DNA of 64,000 nucleotides from Candidatus Bathyarchaeota archaeon (GTDB lineage Archaea; Thermoproteota; Bathyarchaeia; Bathyarchaeales; Bathycorpusculaceae): NCBI GenBank assembly GCA_963833575.1, contig CAWHXY010000006.1, positions 96,001 to 160,000 of the forward strand, read 5' to 3'. Shown piece by piece: positions 23,177 to 33,885 of this stretch (position 1 is its first letter; each line of letters starts with the position of its first letter). The notes under the pieces were generated by a model. It saw only the letters and a program-made list of their open reading frames with translations, ran no database searches and was not told where the DNA came from. The position numbers and the translations under genes were made by a program.

Positions 23177-23235
23177 TTCTAAACTTTTTTTTCACTTGTT
23201 TTGTAAATACTAAAGTATCCTACCGATTTGAGCGG

Positions 23236-23979
23236 CTAAATATCTTTCCATCTATTCTTCTTTACTGCTATGAATAGGATTATGCCGCATACTGCTGAGA
23301 GAACTAGCCAATCAAATATCAGCATATCCGTGGAGATTTTGAGATAGCCCGTGGCTGATTGCATAATTTCCGCTACATATGTAGTCGGCGAAAGGTAAGC
23401 GATGTATCTGTATGTCTCAGGAACGTAGGTTATCGGATAATATACTGGTGGCAATGTTGTAAACAATAGGGATAGAAGCCTAGAAAATGCATAGCTTTGA
23501 ACTACATCATTTGAGAAAGTGGAGAGCATGAACCCTATTGCTACTGAGATAGTGAACATCAGTAATAATGTAATGATTAAAATTACTATTTGAAGAAGCG
23601 AGGGATGCAGATAAATTCCCGCGAGCGCGATAAGAATGGCTAAAGAAGGAACTGAGTAAACTATTTCCGCAAGAGTCATTCCCAACATGTATAAAGTTGA
23701 AGTTGTCGGTGAGCTTACAATCATATCTTGAAGCTTGAAGTCATTTTTTAAATGAGAAAGATCTGATTGCAGTGAAATTCCACTTGAAAAGAAAGCCATA
23801 ATCAATCCGCCTTCAATTGCGGTTCCAAAAAGACTGCCATGGGACACGAAGGTAATTACAATGAGAATAGAAAACGGCGCAATAACAGCACTTACCAAAA
23901 CAATAGGGTAGTTTATCATCTCGTAAACGGCATTTACCAGAACACCTGCTAGAATTTGGCTGAGTCTACTGCGCTTCAA
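23236..23979 (-). CDS. ABC-2 type transporter permease
   Basis: Six TM segments, PVYYP..P and SPTTY motifs; adjacent to an ABC ATPase. Confidence 0.88.
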   Translation of the reverse strand: MKRSRLSQILAGVLVNAVYEMINYPIVLVSAVIAPFSILIVITFVSHGSLFGTAIEGGLIMAFFSSGISLQSDLSHLKNDFKLQDMIVSSPTTSTLYMLGMTLAEIVYSVPSLAILIALAGIYLHPSLLQIVILIITLLLMFTISVAIGFMLSTFSNDVVQSYAFSRLLSLLFTTLPPVYYPITYVPETYRYIAYLSPTTYVAEIMQSATGYLKISTDMLIFDWLVLSAVCGIILFIAVKKNRWKDI

Positions 23980-24884
23980 TTATTCGTCCCTCGCTTTTTG
24001 TCCGACAAGGTAGAAGAAAATATCATCGAGGGTAACAGGAGCAATTGAGAACTTTTCACCTTGCTCAGCGAACACCTTGGCTAATCTAAAAGCTTCTTCT
24101 TCATTGGTCATTATCTGGGTGATCCCACTTTTGCCTGTGGTTACTTCACCATCTTTCAACAGAGTAACCTTAGTTTTCAGGGGCACTTTAATGCTATATT
24201 GGTATCTAACTGTTTTTCTCAGATCAGAAAGAGTGCCAAATGAAACTAGTTTTCCATCTTTAAGAATGCCAATTTTGTCTGCAAGTTCCTCTGCTTCTTC
24301 AAGATAATGAGTTGTAAGAAAAATAAAACGTTCTCTGCCAAGTTCTCTAAGAATTTCCCACAATTCCCGCCTTGAAATTGGATCTAATCCCGTTGTGGGG
24401 TCATCAAGAAAAATAACATCTGCTTCTGAGGCGGCGGTTACAGTGGCAAGGAGAACCTTTCTTTGTGTACCACCTGAGAGGCGGCGAGTCATTACATTGG
24501 CGTATTTTTCTAAGCCAAGCTTTGCAAGTGATTCACCGGCAAGTCTTTTTGCGTCACTGTAGCGGAAGCCTCTCCAAAGAAGATAAGAGAAAACAGTTTG
24601 TTTGGCTGTCATCCACCTTATCGTCCTAGCTTCCTGCGGGACAATCGCAATTTTCTCTCTTAACTTGCCTTCATGCGTTAGTATGTCCAAACCATTGATG
24701 CTTGCGCTTCACTAGTGGACTGAAGCTCAGTGGCTAGGATTCTGATAAGCGTTGTTTTTCCAGCGCCATTTCTGCCGATTAAAGCAAAAATACCGTTGGT
24801 TTCAACTGAAAGGGTTACGTTTTCAAGAGCTTTTCTATGATCTTCGTAAACCTTTGTCAACCCGTTACATTCAAGCCTGCCCAT
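23980..24884 (-). pseudogene. ABC transporter ATPase, frameshifted near 24710
   Basis: Walker A GRNGAGKTT in one frame, LSGG and LDDPTTGLD in another; one added G restores TSGSASINGLD; Walker B has D in place of E. Confidence 0.8.
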
Positions 24885-25017
24885 GAAACCTTGCAACCTA
24901 AAAACATGACAATATTTACTAATATTTTAATTAAGTTCTGCAATTTAAAAGGCGTGATTTCGATATACTACATTTATATTAGAAGCCCTAAATATGGAAA
25001 GTTGAAGATGAAGAGGT

Positions 25018-26046
25018 ATGACAGTTTATTTACTTCCGTGGGACACCAAGCGTAACTTAATGGATGAGGCAAATAATCTCTATGATGAAGCAGGAACTTT
25101 TGATTGCATACAAGAAGGCGACTTAGTAGCAATAAAATTGCATGTCGGCGAACTTGGTAACCCGCATTATGTACAGCCGTTTTTTGTTCATGACATTGCT
25201 CGCAGAGTAATGGAGGCAGGCGGCAAACCTTTCCTCACAGACTCTAACACAGCTTATAATGCGATGCGAAGTAATGCCTATGATCACATGACTACAGCGT
25301 TGATGAACGGCTTTAGTATGGCCCCTTTTATCGTGGCAGATGGACTTAAAAGCGAAAACTACCGAACCGTACCTACAAAAGGCATTTTAAAAGAAATCGA
25401 AGTTTCAGGTGCTATAGCTGAGGCTGACGCCATGATAGTTGTCACACACTGCAAAGGTCATGAATTAAGCGGTTTCGGTGGTGCCATAAAAAACTTAGGC
25501 ATGGGGTGCACTCCAAAAAGCGGTAAATTTAGGCAGCACAGAACTGTAGGCATAGAAATAGACACAAACAAATGCAGTGGATGTGGCACATGCAAAGAAG
25601 TTTGTCCAATAAATCTGCCCGAAATTATTGAAGGCAAAGCAAGAAACACCTCGCCACTATGCATGCGTTGTCCAGTCTGCAAACAGAACTGCCCCATGGA
25701 AGCCATAAGCTTTGTCCACCAAGAAAACCTTTGTAGAGCACTCGCTTCGGCAGCCTATGGCGTACTTTCAACATTTAAACCAAAAAAAGTTTCATATGTG
25801 AGCTTTGCCAGAAACATCACTCCTAACTGCGATTGCTTACCTAACCCTGGTGAAGTTATTATGAAGGATGTAGGCATTTTTGCTTCTGACTCACCAGTGT
25901 CGATTGATGCGGCGTTTTTGCAATCGATTGATTATGAGGTGTTCAATGAAACATCCCATGTTGAATGCATGGCGCAGGTTCAAGAGACAAAGGCACTGGG
26001 CATCAAAGGTGAACTTAAGCCAAAGATAACAACATTGGCTGAGTAA
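25018..26046 (+). CDS. DUF362 domain 4Fe-4S protein
   Basis: AIKLHVGE, HCKGH..GFGGAIKNLGMG, two CxxCxxCxxxCP ferredoxin motifs. Confidence 0.9.
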   Translation: MTVYLLPWDTKRNLMDEANNLYDEAGTFDCIQEGDLVAIKLHVGELGNPHYVQPFFVHDIARRVMEAGGKPFLTDSNTAYNAMRSNAYDHMTTALMNGFSMAPFIVADGLKSENYRTVPTKGILKEIEVSGAIAEADAMIVVTHCKGHELSGFGGAIKNLGMGCTPKSGKFRQHRTVGIEIDTNKCSGCGTCKEVCPINLPEIIEGKARNTSPLCMRCPVCKQNCPMEAISFVHQENLCRALASAAYGVLSTFKPKKVSYVSFARNITPNCDCLPNPGEVIMKDVGIFASDSPVSIDAAFLQSIDYEVFNETSHVECMAQVQETKALGIKGELKPKITTLAE

Positions 26047-26059
26047 AGCTAAATCCTTT

Positions 26060-26842
26060 TTACCCAGTCATTTTTATAGCTTTATCTTTCATTCGTTTTC
26101 TTCTAACTAAGTAAACAGCAACCACGACCAAGACTGCTGATACGCTTCCTAAAATTAAATAACGAGAAACGCCTGCAACCTCCGGCCAATTCTTGCCCAA
26201 GTACCAGCCTAAGTAAATCAAAATTGCATTCCATACTAAACAACCTGCAGTTGTAAAGGCGATGAATTTTTTCAATGGCATTCTTGTAGCCCCTGCAGGA
26301 AATGAAAAGGTAGTTCTGAATCCTGGGATGAGACGACTTATGAAAATCATGGAGCTACCGTTTTTGAGGAACCATTTTTCTGCAACTTCAAGCTGATTAG
26401 TTGATAAGATGACCTTTCCTAAAACTTTGTTCTTAGTAAGGGACTCAACACCTTTCAATCCAATGTAGTAATCAACTATCGAGCCCGCAATGCCTGCAAT
26501 CGTCGAAAGCGTTAATGTTATCCAAAAGCTAAGTTGACCCGTTGAAACCAAATAGCCTGCAAATGGAAGGATTACTTCGCTTGGAATTGGCAAAGAACTT
26601 GACTCAAGCAGCATCAAGACAAAGATTCCTGAATACCCAAAAGACTGCACCGTCGAGGTGACACCATGCGTTATAGAGAGAATTATACTTATAATTGGCT
26701 CGCTTGCGAGTGGAGCACCACCAATAACTACATCCTCGAAGAAATCGAAGAGAATGTAAACAATAGCAATGATCGCGATGGCTACAACAATCAATTGGGG
26801 CGCTTTTCTTTTCAGTTGAACAAGATTGTGATTGGTAACCAA
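26060..26842 (-). CDS. DedA family membrane protein
   Basis: LESSSLPIPSEVILPFAG, RLIPGFR, PAG motifs. Confidence 0.92.
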   Translation of the reverse strand: MVTNHNLVQLKRKAPQLIVVAIAIIAIVYILFDFFEDVVIGGAPLASEPIISIILSITHGVTSTVQSFGYSGIFVLMLLESSSLPIPSEVILPFAGYLVSTGQLSFWITLTLSTIAGIAGSIVDYYIGLKGVESLTKNKVLGKVILSTNQLEVAEKWFLKNGSSMIFISRLIPGFRTTFSFPAGATRMPLKKFIAFTTAGCLVWNAILIYLGWYLGKNWPEVAGVSRYLILGSVSAVLVVVAVYLVRRKRMKDKAIKMTG

Positions 26843-26996
26843 TATGCACCGCTTTTTTAACTTAATGCTAAGCTTGAATTTATTTTGGTCTATATGAATA
26901 TGTAGCTTTTGCTTTATCGCAACATGAATTTTGTTTGCCTACAAAAAAAGAAAAAAATTGTTGGATTACAACAATATCGTTGGGAAATCTTGTTTG

Positions 26997-27863
26997 CTAG
27001 TTGAATTCTTTTCTTTCGAAGAATATTAATCCTATGATCGCTGTCACGACGAAGTATATTGCCATGATTGCGAGGCCTTCGGGAATGGTAGCGTAGAATG
27101 TGGTGGTTGTGGTGGGTTGTCCCCTGAAGCCTATGCCCGTAGTTGTAGTTGAATGCGGTGGGTAAGGCGACATTAGAACATTGCCGATTATGTTTGCGCC
27201 GTAGTTGATGAGGAACCATGGTTCTATGTGAACAAGGGCGACGATTAGTTCGTTTAGCAGTGTAAAGACAAACAGGAATAGGATTGCTGTTACGAGAATA
27301 GACATGGAGCTGCTTTTAAACAGTGAGCTGAAGAAGAACGTGAACCCCAAAACTGCAATCATATAGAATAGGGCAAATAACAAGGATTCAGCGAATTGAT
27401 AAGGTACACCTGAAAAGTAGTATAGACCATTTCCTACTGTTACCGCTGTAAAGATACCAAGCATAACAGCAGATGCGATGAAAGCTGCTAACCATTTTCC
27501 TACGTAGATAGATGAGCGCCTGATTGGGTTTGGAACGCCGAAGTACCCTGTTTTATTTTGGAATTCTCCTGATATTGCGTCTCCTCCGAAGAAAATTGCT
27601 GACAGCACAACTACGAAGGTAACAGTATTTCCCCACCAGCCATTATAGAAGCCTAGTTCAGACGCAAGAAAAGCATCTGGGCGGTAGTATCCCACAAGGA
27701 CTGTTAGAAGCACGCTTATCAGTGCCGTTATGATCAGCATTATGAAGAATCTGCGGGACCGCAGGTAGTCTAACAGTGTATACTTCATTACTGTGCCCAC
27801 TTGGGCCATACTACTTGGCACTATGTTCTTAGATTCAAAATTTGTTTGGGTCATGTTTATCAC
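26997..27863 (-). CDS. ABC-2 transporter permease
   Basis: DAISGEF..KT...P..R..IY.GK motif; multiple TMs. Confidence 0.88.
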   Translation of the reverse strand: MINMTQTNFESKNIVPSSMAQVGTVMKYTLLDYLRSRRFFIMLIITALISVLLTVLVGYYRPDAFLASELGFYNGWWGNTVTFVVVLSAIFFGGDAISGEFQNKTGYFGVPNPIRRSSIYVGKWLAAFIASAVMLGIFTAVTVGNGLYYFSGVPYQFAESLLFALFYMIAVLGFTFFFSSLFKSSSMSILVTAILFLFVFTLLNELIVALVHIEPWFLINYGANIIGNVLMSPYPPHSTTTTGIGFRGQPTTTTTFYATIPEGLAIMAIYFVVTAIIGLIFFERKEFN

Positions 27864-28801
27864 AACGTCGCCGTTATTAGTTTCAGATATACTTCTTCAA
27901 GTTCAGATGAAGCAGCTTTGTAGCTGATTACGCCAATATTCAGTTTGATTAGGTCATTTAGCAAGCGTTCTTGCACATCTAAGCCGCCGTCGAAGATTAT
28001 TTTTAGGTTTTTGTCATCGGTTTTTTCTGCTTTAACAACAGATGGCAAAGCTGCAATAGTTTGAGTTACTATTTTGTTATCTAGTGGACGGGCTAATCCG
28101 ACTTCTACCACGTTGTTTCCGCCTGAAAACTTGGCGGTCACGTTTGAAAGAGTGTCGTAAACGATTAGTTTGCCGTGGTCTATCATGGCTACTTCATCGC
28201 AGACATCGGAGACCTCGCTTAGAATGTGTGAACTCATGAAGATGAGTCTGTTTTTGCCTTTGAGTGATTTGATTATGTCTCGAACTTCGCTCATGCCCCG
28301 GGGGTCAAGTCCCGTCGTGGGCTCATCTAATAGGATAATCGATGGGTTACCAAGCAACGCAGAAGCAATGCATATTCTTTGTTTCATCCCCTTGGAAAAT
28401 CTGCCAACTCTTTTGTCAATCCATTCTTCCATATGCACTTCAGCAACAACTTCTTCCACCTGTTTCTTTCTCTCCTCAACAGATACCCCGCGAATTTCAG
28501 CAATCATGCTTAACGCTTCTCTAGGAGTGAGTGAGGCGTAAATTTCGGGGGTTTCAATAAGTGTGCCGACGGTAGCTAAGGCTTTTTTCTTTTCAGTATG
28601 CACATTAACTCCGTTAATCAAGGCTTCACCTTTGGTCGGCCTGATTAGGTCAGTGAACATTTTTAGTGTGGTTGTTTTTCCTGAGCCGTTAGGACCTAGG
28701 AAACCGACGCATTTTGCTCCCTCAATCTTTAGATTTAGAGATGAGAGTGCGGTGAAAGCGCCGTATTGTTTTGTTAAATTAACAGCTTCTATTGATGGCA
28801 T
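27860..28801 (-). CDS. ABC transporter ATP-binding protein
   Basis: GPNGSGKTT, FSKGM, LLDEPTTGLD, SSH; start at ATG 28801 inferred. Confidence 0.93.
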   Translation of the reverse strand: MPSIEAVNLTKQYGAFTALSSLNLKIEGAKCVGFLGPNGSGKTTTLKMFTDLIRPTKGEALINGVNVHTEKKKALATVGTLIETPEIYASLTPREALSMIAEIRGVSVEERKKQVEEVVAEVHMEEWIDKRVGRFSKGMKQRICIASALLGNPSIILLDEPTTGLDPRGMSEVRDIIKSLKGKNRLIFMSSHILSEVSDVCDEVAMIDHGKLIVYDTLSNVTAKFSGGNNVVEVGLARPLDNKIVTQTIAALPSVVKAEKTDDKNLKIIFDGGLDVQERLLNDLIKLNIGVISYKAASSELEEVYLKLITATL

Positions 28802-28871
28802 TGCTATCTCTTCTTGGCAACCGTAACGAAGCTCCTGCTTAAAAGGAGTACTCACTCCGAGGGAGTTCTGA

Positions 28872-29168
28872 TCATGTTCGTAAACGCAATCTAGGAAATT
28901 TTAATTGGCCCACGTACTTCATTATCCACTGCACTAAATCGTCGTACGCCTCTGCTCCTGCCTTAGTTAAAACAACTGCTCCGTTGTTATCATTCTCAAT
29001 AAACCCTTTCTCGGACATCCACGCCAAATATTTAACCAACTTATCATATGCAAGCCCCGTAGATGTGGCAAGTGCGGTTTTGTTCATTTTATTTTTCTCT
29101 TTCAACGCCTTGATTATTCGGGCGATGACGTAGAGGTCAGGTTTGGAACTCTGCTCTCCTAAGTTCAA
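28872..29168 (-). CDS. Winged-HTH regulator
   Basis: KTALATSTGLAYDKLVKYL..M..KGFI...LT.AG pattern. Confidence 0.8.
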   Translation of the reverse strand: MNLGEQSSKPDLYVIARIIKALKEKNKMNKTALATSTGLAYDKLVKYLAWMSEKGFIENDNNGAVVLTKAGAEAYDDLVQWIMKYVGQLKFPRLRLRT

Positions 29169-29880
29169 GGCTAAACCACCGCAGCTCCCAAAGGAGCTTA
29201 TCTAATGCTCGAATTTCGCTGTAACGTCTTGAAAGATCATTTCTCAAAATCAAATAAACTATTAAAATCGAAAGCAGAGCCCAAATGAAGCCTCCGAATA
29301 AACCTGCTTTTCCAAGAATAATAAAAGTTAAAAGATTACCGATAAGCCCTAATGCAAAAACCATGATAATCCAGTAAGCGGCTGTTTTGAGCAATCCATA
29401 TAAAGCATAACCGACTCGTCCGGATGAAATTTCATCAAACGTTTCATCCCAATCCATATCCAACAAAATTTTTAACGCAGAAGGAAAGCCATGCGAAAGC
29501 TCTTCTTTCCATAAACCTTCTTTGATAGAATTTGTTTGTCTTCTAATGAATAGAACACCAGCTACAATTCCTGCGATTGGAACTATAAGCAAAAGAATTG
29601 ATGTCAAAAAGATTTGAGGTCGATCAAGCGTAACCACCAGGTTTAAGAAACCCAGCGATGCCCCAAGAGCAAGAAAAACAGCTATGGAACTAAGAACGAT
29701 TAAGGCAAATTTCTTAAAAGACCTAGCTAAGGCGTTATATTTTTTTACGTGATCAAGAGTTTCCATTAGCTCCGCAACTTTTGCGACGACACTTTCCTCT
29801 GTAAGTACCAAGTTTGCGACATTTTTGTCAGACATAAACGTCATCTGAAGTTTTATAGGAATCTTAAGGTGCCAAAACAA
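29137..29880 (-). CDS. Hypothetical membrane protein (4 TM)
   Basis: Hydrophobic segments; operonic with the HTH and ABC genes. Confidence 0.7.
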   Translation of the reverse strand: MFWHLKIPIKLQMTFMSDKNVANLVLTEESVVAKVAELMETLDHVKKYNALARSFKKFALIVLSSIAVFLALGASLGFLNLVVTLDRPQIFLTSILLLIVPIAGIVAGVLFIRRQTNSIKEGLWKEELSHGFPSALKILLDMDWDETFDEISSGRVGYALYGLLKTAAYWIIMVFALGLIGNLLTFIILGKAGLFGGFIWALLSILIVYLILRNDLSRRYSEIRALDKLLWELRWFSLELRRAEFQT

Positions 29881-29985
29881 TAAAGTTCCCTATAAAGGCA
29901 AATATAAACTGAACTCCCTCCGAATGAGCAAGAAATACCTACTGGTGTCCCGCTAAATAAATTGAGACAAAAGGAAGGATAGTTT

Positions 29986-30318
29986 TTGGATTCAGGCTAC
30001 CTGAAAATTGCTGAAAAATCAGAAATCCCAATTGGAAAAATGAAAAAGTTTGTAACTCAAGGAAAAGAGATTTTGATAGCAAACGTTGACGGAAACTTCT
30101 ATGCAATGGGCAACATTTGCACTCATGAACGGGGAGATCTCTCACAAGGTACATTGGAAGACAATATAGTAACTTGTCCAAAGCACAAATCAAAATTCGA
30201 TGTTAAGTCAGGAAAAGTTGTTTCTGGCCCAAAAATGTTGTTATTTCATCCAAAAATAGCAGACGAACCATCTTTCAGTGTGAAAATGGAAAATGACGCC
30301 ATTTTAGTCAAATTTTGA
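29986..30318 (+). CDS. Rieske-type ferredoxin
   Basis: CTH...CPKH.S.FD..SG motifs. Confidence 0.92.
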   Translation: MDSGYLKIAEKSEIPIGKMKKFVTQGKEILIANVDGNFYAMGNICTHERGDLSQGTLEDNIVTCPKHKSKFDVKSGKVVSGPKMLLFHPKIADEPSFSVKMENDAILVKF

Positions 30319-30576
30319 TTCTTTTACATACAACGTCTTCATTTTTCTATTTGCACTTGGCGAAAGTATTTTAACTCAACGTCTTTGTATTTGGAAACAT
30401 TGGATGGTGCACAAAGTTGATGAGTATAAAGATTGAGTGCTTCTTAGAGTTTAGGTAGGTTTTTTGTCGTGCCCATTCAGAGTGCAACAGAGTATGTTGT
30501 AATGCGGATTTTCCGCTTGTTTACCAAGCTGCCTTTAAGGGGAATTATCCATTTGGTTTCGCAGCAAGGGAATTTT

Positions 30577-31011
30577 ATGGATTATTTTAAGGGCTTCGAG
30601 AAAAACCGTGCTGTTCGAGGAATATTCGGTGAAGAAACTGAAAAAGTTCTTATGAACTTGAAGGTGGATTTCATCTGGTTTGGCTATATGGGCGTCAACG
30701 ATGATGACGGCCACTTGATGGTGAACAAGCGTTACTTAAGTACTGGACGCAAAGAAGATGTCTACCTTGACGTCATTCATGAACTTTGCCACGTGAAACA
30801 GCACATGGAAGGCAAAGAGCTCTTTGACCCACGCTTCGACTACGTGGATAGACCAACAGAAATCGAAGCCTACCGTTACGCGGTGCAGGAAGCCAAACGC
30901 ATCGGGTTAAGCGCTGCAGAAATTCGTGTGTACCTTAAAACTGAAATGATGAGCACTCAAGCTTTAGAAAAGCTGATTAAGAACATGCGCATAAACGTTG
31001 AAGAACCCTAA
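30577..31011 (+). CDS. Hypothetical HExxH zincin-like protein
   Basis: HELCH plus EIEAY; start at ATG 30577 inferred. Confidence 0.65.
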   Translation: MDYFKGFEKNRAVRGIFGEETEKVLMNLKVDFIWFGYMGVNDDDGHLMVNKRYLSTGRKEDVYLDVIHELCHVKQHMEGKELFDPRFDYVDRPTEIEAYRYAVQEAKRIGLSAAEIRVYLKTEMMSTQALEKLIKNMRINVEEP

Positions 31012-31088
31012 TTTTCTCTTTGAAAATCACATTAGATTCAACATATGCTTATCATTTCAAGTATTTTACATATTTTAAAAAAGAGCTG

Positions 31089-31259
31089 TGGTGGGGCCGG
31101 CCGGATTTGAACCGACGACCTTTACCCAAGAACCGCGCAAAGCAGTTCTTTACGGGTTTCTCTAGACACGCTCCAGAATTTCGTCATTCCCATGGAGGGT
31201 CAGCAAACCCGTTGCTTGCTTCTGGAGCCCGTCGTCATACCTGTCTAGACTACGACCCC
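31089..31259 (-). tRNA. tRNA-Trp(CCA) with two introns (37/38: 31158-31221; 43/44: 31122-31151)
   Basis: Acceptor GGGGTCG/CGGCCCC-A-CCA, anticodon arm ACGGG-CT-CCA-GA-CCCGT, T arm GTCGG-TTCAAAT-CCGGC; removing both inserts gives a normal 77-nt cloverleaf. Confidence 0.93.
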
Positions 31260-31365
31260 ACCTAGGCACGGCAATTAAGTGAAACTGCAACAATAAAAAT
31301 ATAACCGTTCCTGAATCAAGATGAGGCATAAATAAATAAGTCTAAATCACTGAAAGAACGGTTCT

Positions 31366-32300
31366 ATGACAGCCGAGATTGATTTTGACGCATTATTGCA
31401 GGAAAAATGTAAGTTTCGAGTTGTCTCAATAAGCCACCTTGCAGATTTGCAGCGTAAAATCGAAAGCCTCATAGAGCAGGGACAACTCGACATCGAATTC
31501 GCCCAGCAATACATGTTTCGATTCAAGTTTACTCCTCCTGAAGAGTTAAAAAATGCGAAATCCGTTATCGTTGTTGCCATGCCCAGACCGCCCACAAAAG
31601 CGATTTTTAATTGGAATGGAAAGAAAGAAGCCTTCATTCTGCCTCCGACTTACACTGCTTATGATGAAAAACGTCTTTTTGTTGAACGTCTAGTTGCGGA
31701 GGCGGTTGGTATTGAAGGTTACAGGATTGCTACGCCTAACTTACCTCTTAAGTTGCTTTCGGTACAGAGTGGCTTAGCTAAGTACGGTCGGAATAATATT
31801 GCTTATGTTTTGGATATGGGAAGTTTCATGCGTTTAACTGCTGTTTACTCGGATATGCCTTGTGAAAGCGACCAGTGGCATGAACCTGAAATGATGAAGG
31901 AGAGCATTAACTGCAACTTGTGCCAAAACTCTTGCCCAACCGGAGCCATTTCTAAAAATCGTTTTTTGCTCAATGCAGAAAAGTGCCTCACTTACCACAA
32001 CGAGAAAGAAGGCAAAATTCCGTTTCCCAACTGGATTAAGCCTGAGTGGCACAACTGCATAGTAGGCTGTATCAGATGCCAAGCAGCGTGCCCCGAAAAC
32101 AAGCCCTATCTGAGCAGGTTTGGGGAAACCGCGAGTTCGACGAGCAAGAAACCAAGGTCCTACTAAAAGGCATTTCCCGCGAACAAATTCGATCGATAAC
32201 CATCAAGAAGCTACAGTTGCTCAGTTTAACAGATTATTTCAATGAAATGCCGCGCAACCTCTCGGCTCTTTTAAAAACAAAACCTGACAAGTCTAATTAA
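31366..32300 (+). pseudogene. Epoxyqueuosine-reductase-like 4Fe-4S protein, frameshifted near 32131
   Basis: SGLAKYGRNN, GSF.RL, CNLCQNSCPTGA, GCIRCQAACP; C-terminus continues in another frame (EFDEQETKVLL); first cluster Cys appears replaced by Ser. Confidence 0.75.
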
Positions 32301-32304
32301 GCGT

Positions 32305-32898
32305 TTAAATTGACCTGTTCTTTTCAAGAATTTTGTAGCTAAGAGTAATGATCCAAACTGCTCCAGCGAGCCCAGAAATGAATTCTGGAATAGCTACGCC
32401 CGAAAGATAATGAACAACAAAAAACAGTATCCATGGAATTGCAGCTATTATGCCTATCAGGATAGTGAATACAGCCATTTTTGTCTTACGCTGCATTCCG
32501 AATGACGCAGTTATAATAAAAAAAGAGATTGGCAGCAGAACAAAAAAAGCTACTGAAGCGAAATAATGTGTTGGATTAAAGTTTTCGTTAAATACTCCAA
32601 TGCCGATAAGTGCGATTGTTGCTGCTGCAAAAACGGCCGCTCCAAGTTTGTCCACCCAGTTTTTTCCTAAATATGCAAATAAGCCAAGGAGTGTAAAGAC
32701 TAAAGCTAAGGCACCGCAGGTGTAGAGTCCAAAATTGAAGAGCGGCCCCGTTATGCCAGATACTACCCCAAGATCGCTTAAGGCATTGTTTGTCCAGCTG
32801 AACTGAGGATAAGATGCGGTAGCTAAAAGTATGCAGGTGAATGCGATTATTGGGGCTAATATGCCTGTGGCTGCTCCGATTCTTTGTCTCCGAGGCAA
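32305..32898 (-). CDS. DUF998 family membrane protein
   Basis: FSW..NALSDLG, GIGVF.E...H motifs. Confidence 0.85.
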   Translation of the reverse strand: MPRRQRIGAATGILAPIIAFTCILLATASYPQFSWTNNALSDLGVVSGITGPLFNFGLYTCGALALVFTLLGLFAYLGKNWVDKLGAAVFAAATIALIGIGVFNENFNPTHYFASVAFFVLLPISFFIITASFGMQRKTKMAVFTILIGIIAAIPWILFFVVHYLSGVAIPEFISGLAGAVWIITLSYKILEKNRSI

Positions 32899-32936
32899 AC
32901 CCTTGATTCCTCAACAACATAGAGCATAAACTTGCT

Positions 32937-33643
32937 TTAAGAGTTTACATCCTGTGGAACAAACCGCCGCAGATTCTTAAGCGACTGCAGTTTCTCTTTC
33001 TCGCCGATTTTTGCTTCCTGCACTGACTGTTTTAGGATTTGAATAGATTCATCCATTGCTTTGCGGTCAACAGGATAAGGAACACCATCTTTGCCTCCAT
33101 ATGCAAAACTAAATTTTACAGGGTCCTCCCAACTTGGCTTTTCGCCGTAAACTAACTCGGCGACAAGAGCTAAACCCCTAACTGTCGCGGGTCCAACACC
33201 TTTGATACTCAAAAGCTCCTCGTAATTGTTTGGTTGGAACTCGTAAACTCGGCTTAGCGTATCCCAATTAATGTTACGCGGCATGTTTAGCGTGTTTAAG
33301 GTTTGTTGCCATGGGTCATCGGTCTTGGGTAGCCAATTTTGAAGTGAATATTGGTTTAGCGGTTTTGTGGTTGATTGGATCAGGTTCATGAGTTTGCGTG
33401 TGGGTTCCTTTGCCAAGTCTACGCTGGCTTTTCTGGCAGCTTCGCTATCTTTTGCTACCATGTTCAGGGCTGTTTCCCGTTTTACGTTTCCAACTATTGC
33501 ATTGTGTGGTTCAACAGCAAAGTCCGCTACATTATCCGACAGCCAATGATACCGTCTTGCCGAACGGTCATTTTCACTCATACCCTGCTGAATCACAGCC
33601 CACTGCTCATCCCTAGTTACTAAGAAAGCGTGGTGATAAAGCT
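32937..33643 (-). pseudogene. DUF763 protein, 3' part (interrupted by element E1)
   Basis: LYHHAF..WAVIQQGM, ARRYHW, GVGPATVR, FSFAYGGKDG.P.PV; joins in frame to the 5' part at AAAGCT. Confidence 0.92.
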
Positions 33644-33882
33644 CAAAGCATGTCAGTAGTGATATCTCCCGCAATATTTCCCCTTTTTTTGATAAGCACG
33701 AGGCAAATAGGAAACTCCGTTTTGCCATAGCATCTCTCCAGGGAAAGGTAGAGAGCTCGATCTGGAAAAGACGCCTTCAAACGGCTCTAATTATCAGGGA
33801 TGAGCTCCTGGAGCATGGTTACAAGTGGCAAGCCGATAGGATCGATAACTGGATCCATAGGCTCCAGGAAAAGGAGGTTTGA
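33640..33882 (+). CDS. E1 ORF1, start-less while integrated; its 5' end (ATG 37928) lies at the other end of the element
   Basis: NRKLRFAIASLQGK..WKRRLQTAL..DELLEHGYKWQA homologous to 50004-50282; no in-frame ATG after the host stops at 33634-33639. Confidence 0.75.
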   Translation, partial: SSKHVSSDISRNISPFFDKHEANRKLRFAIASLQGKVESSIWKRRLQTALIIRDELLEHGYKWQADRIDNWIHRLQEKEV

Positions 33883-33885
33883 GCT

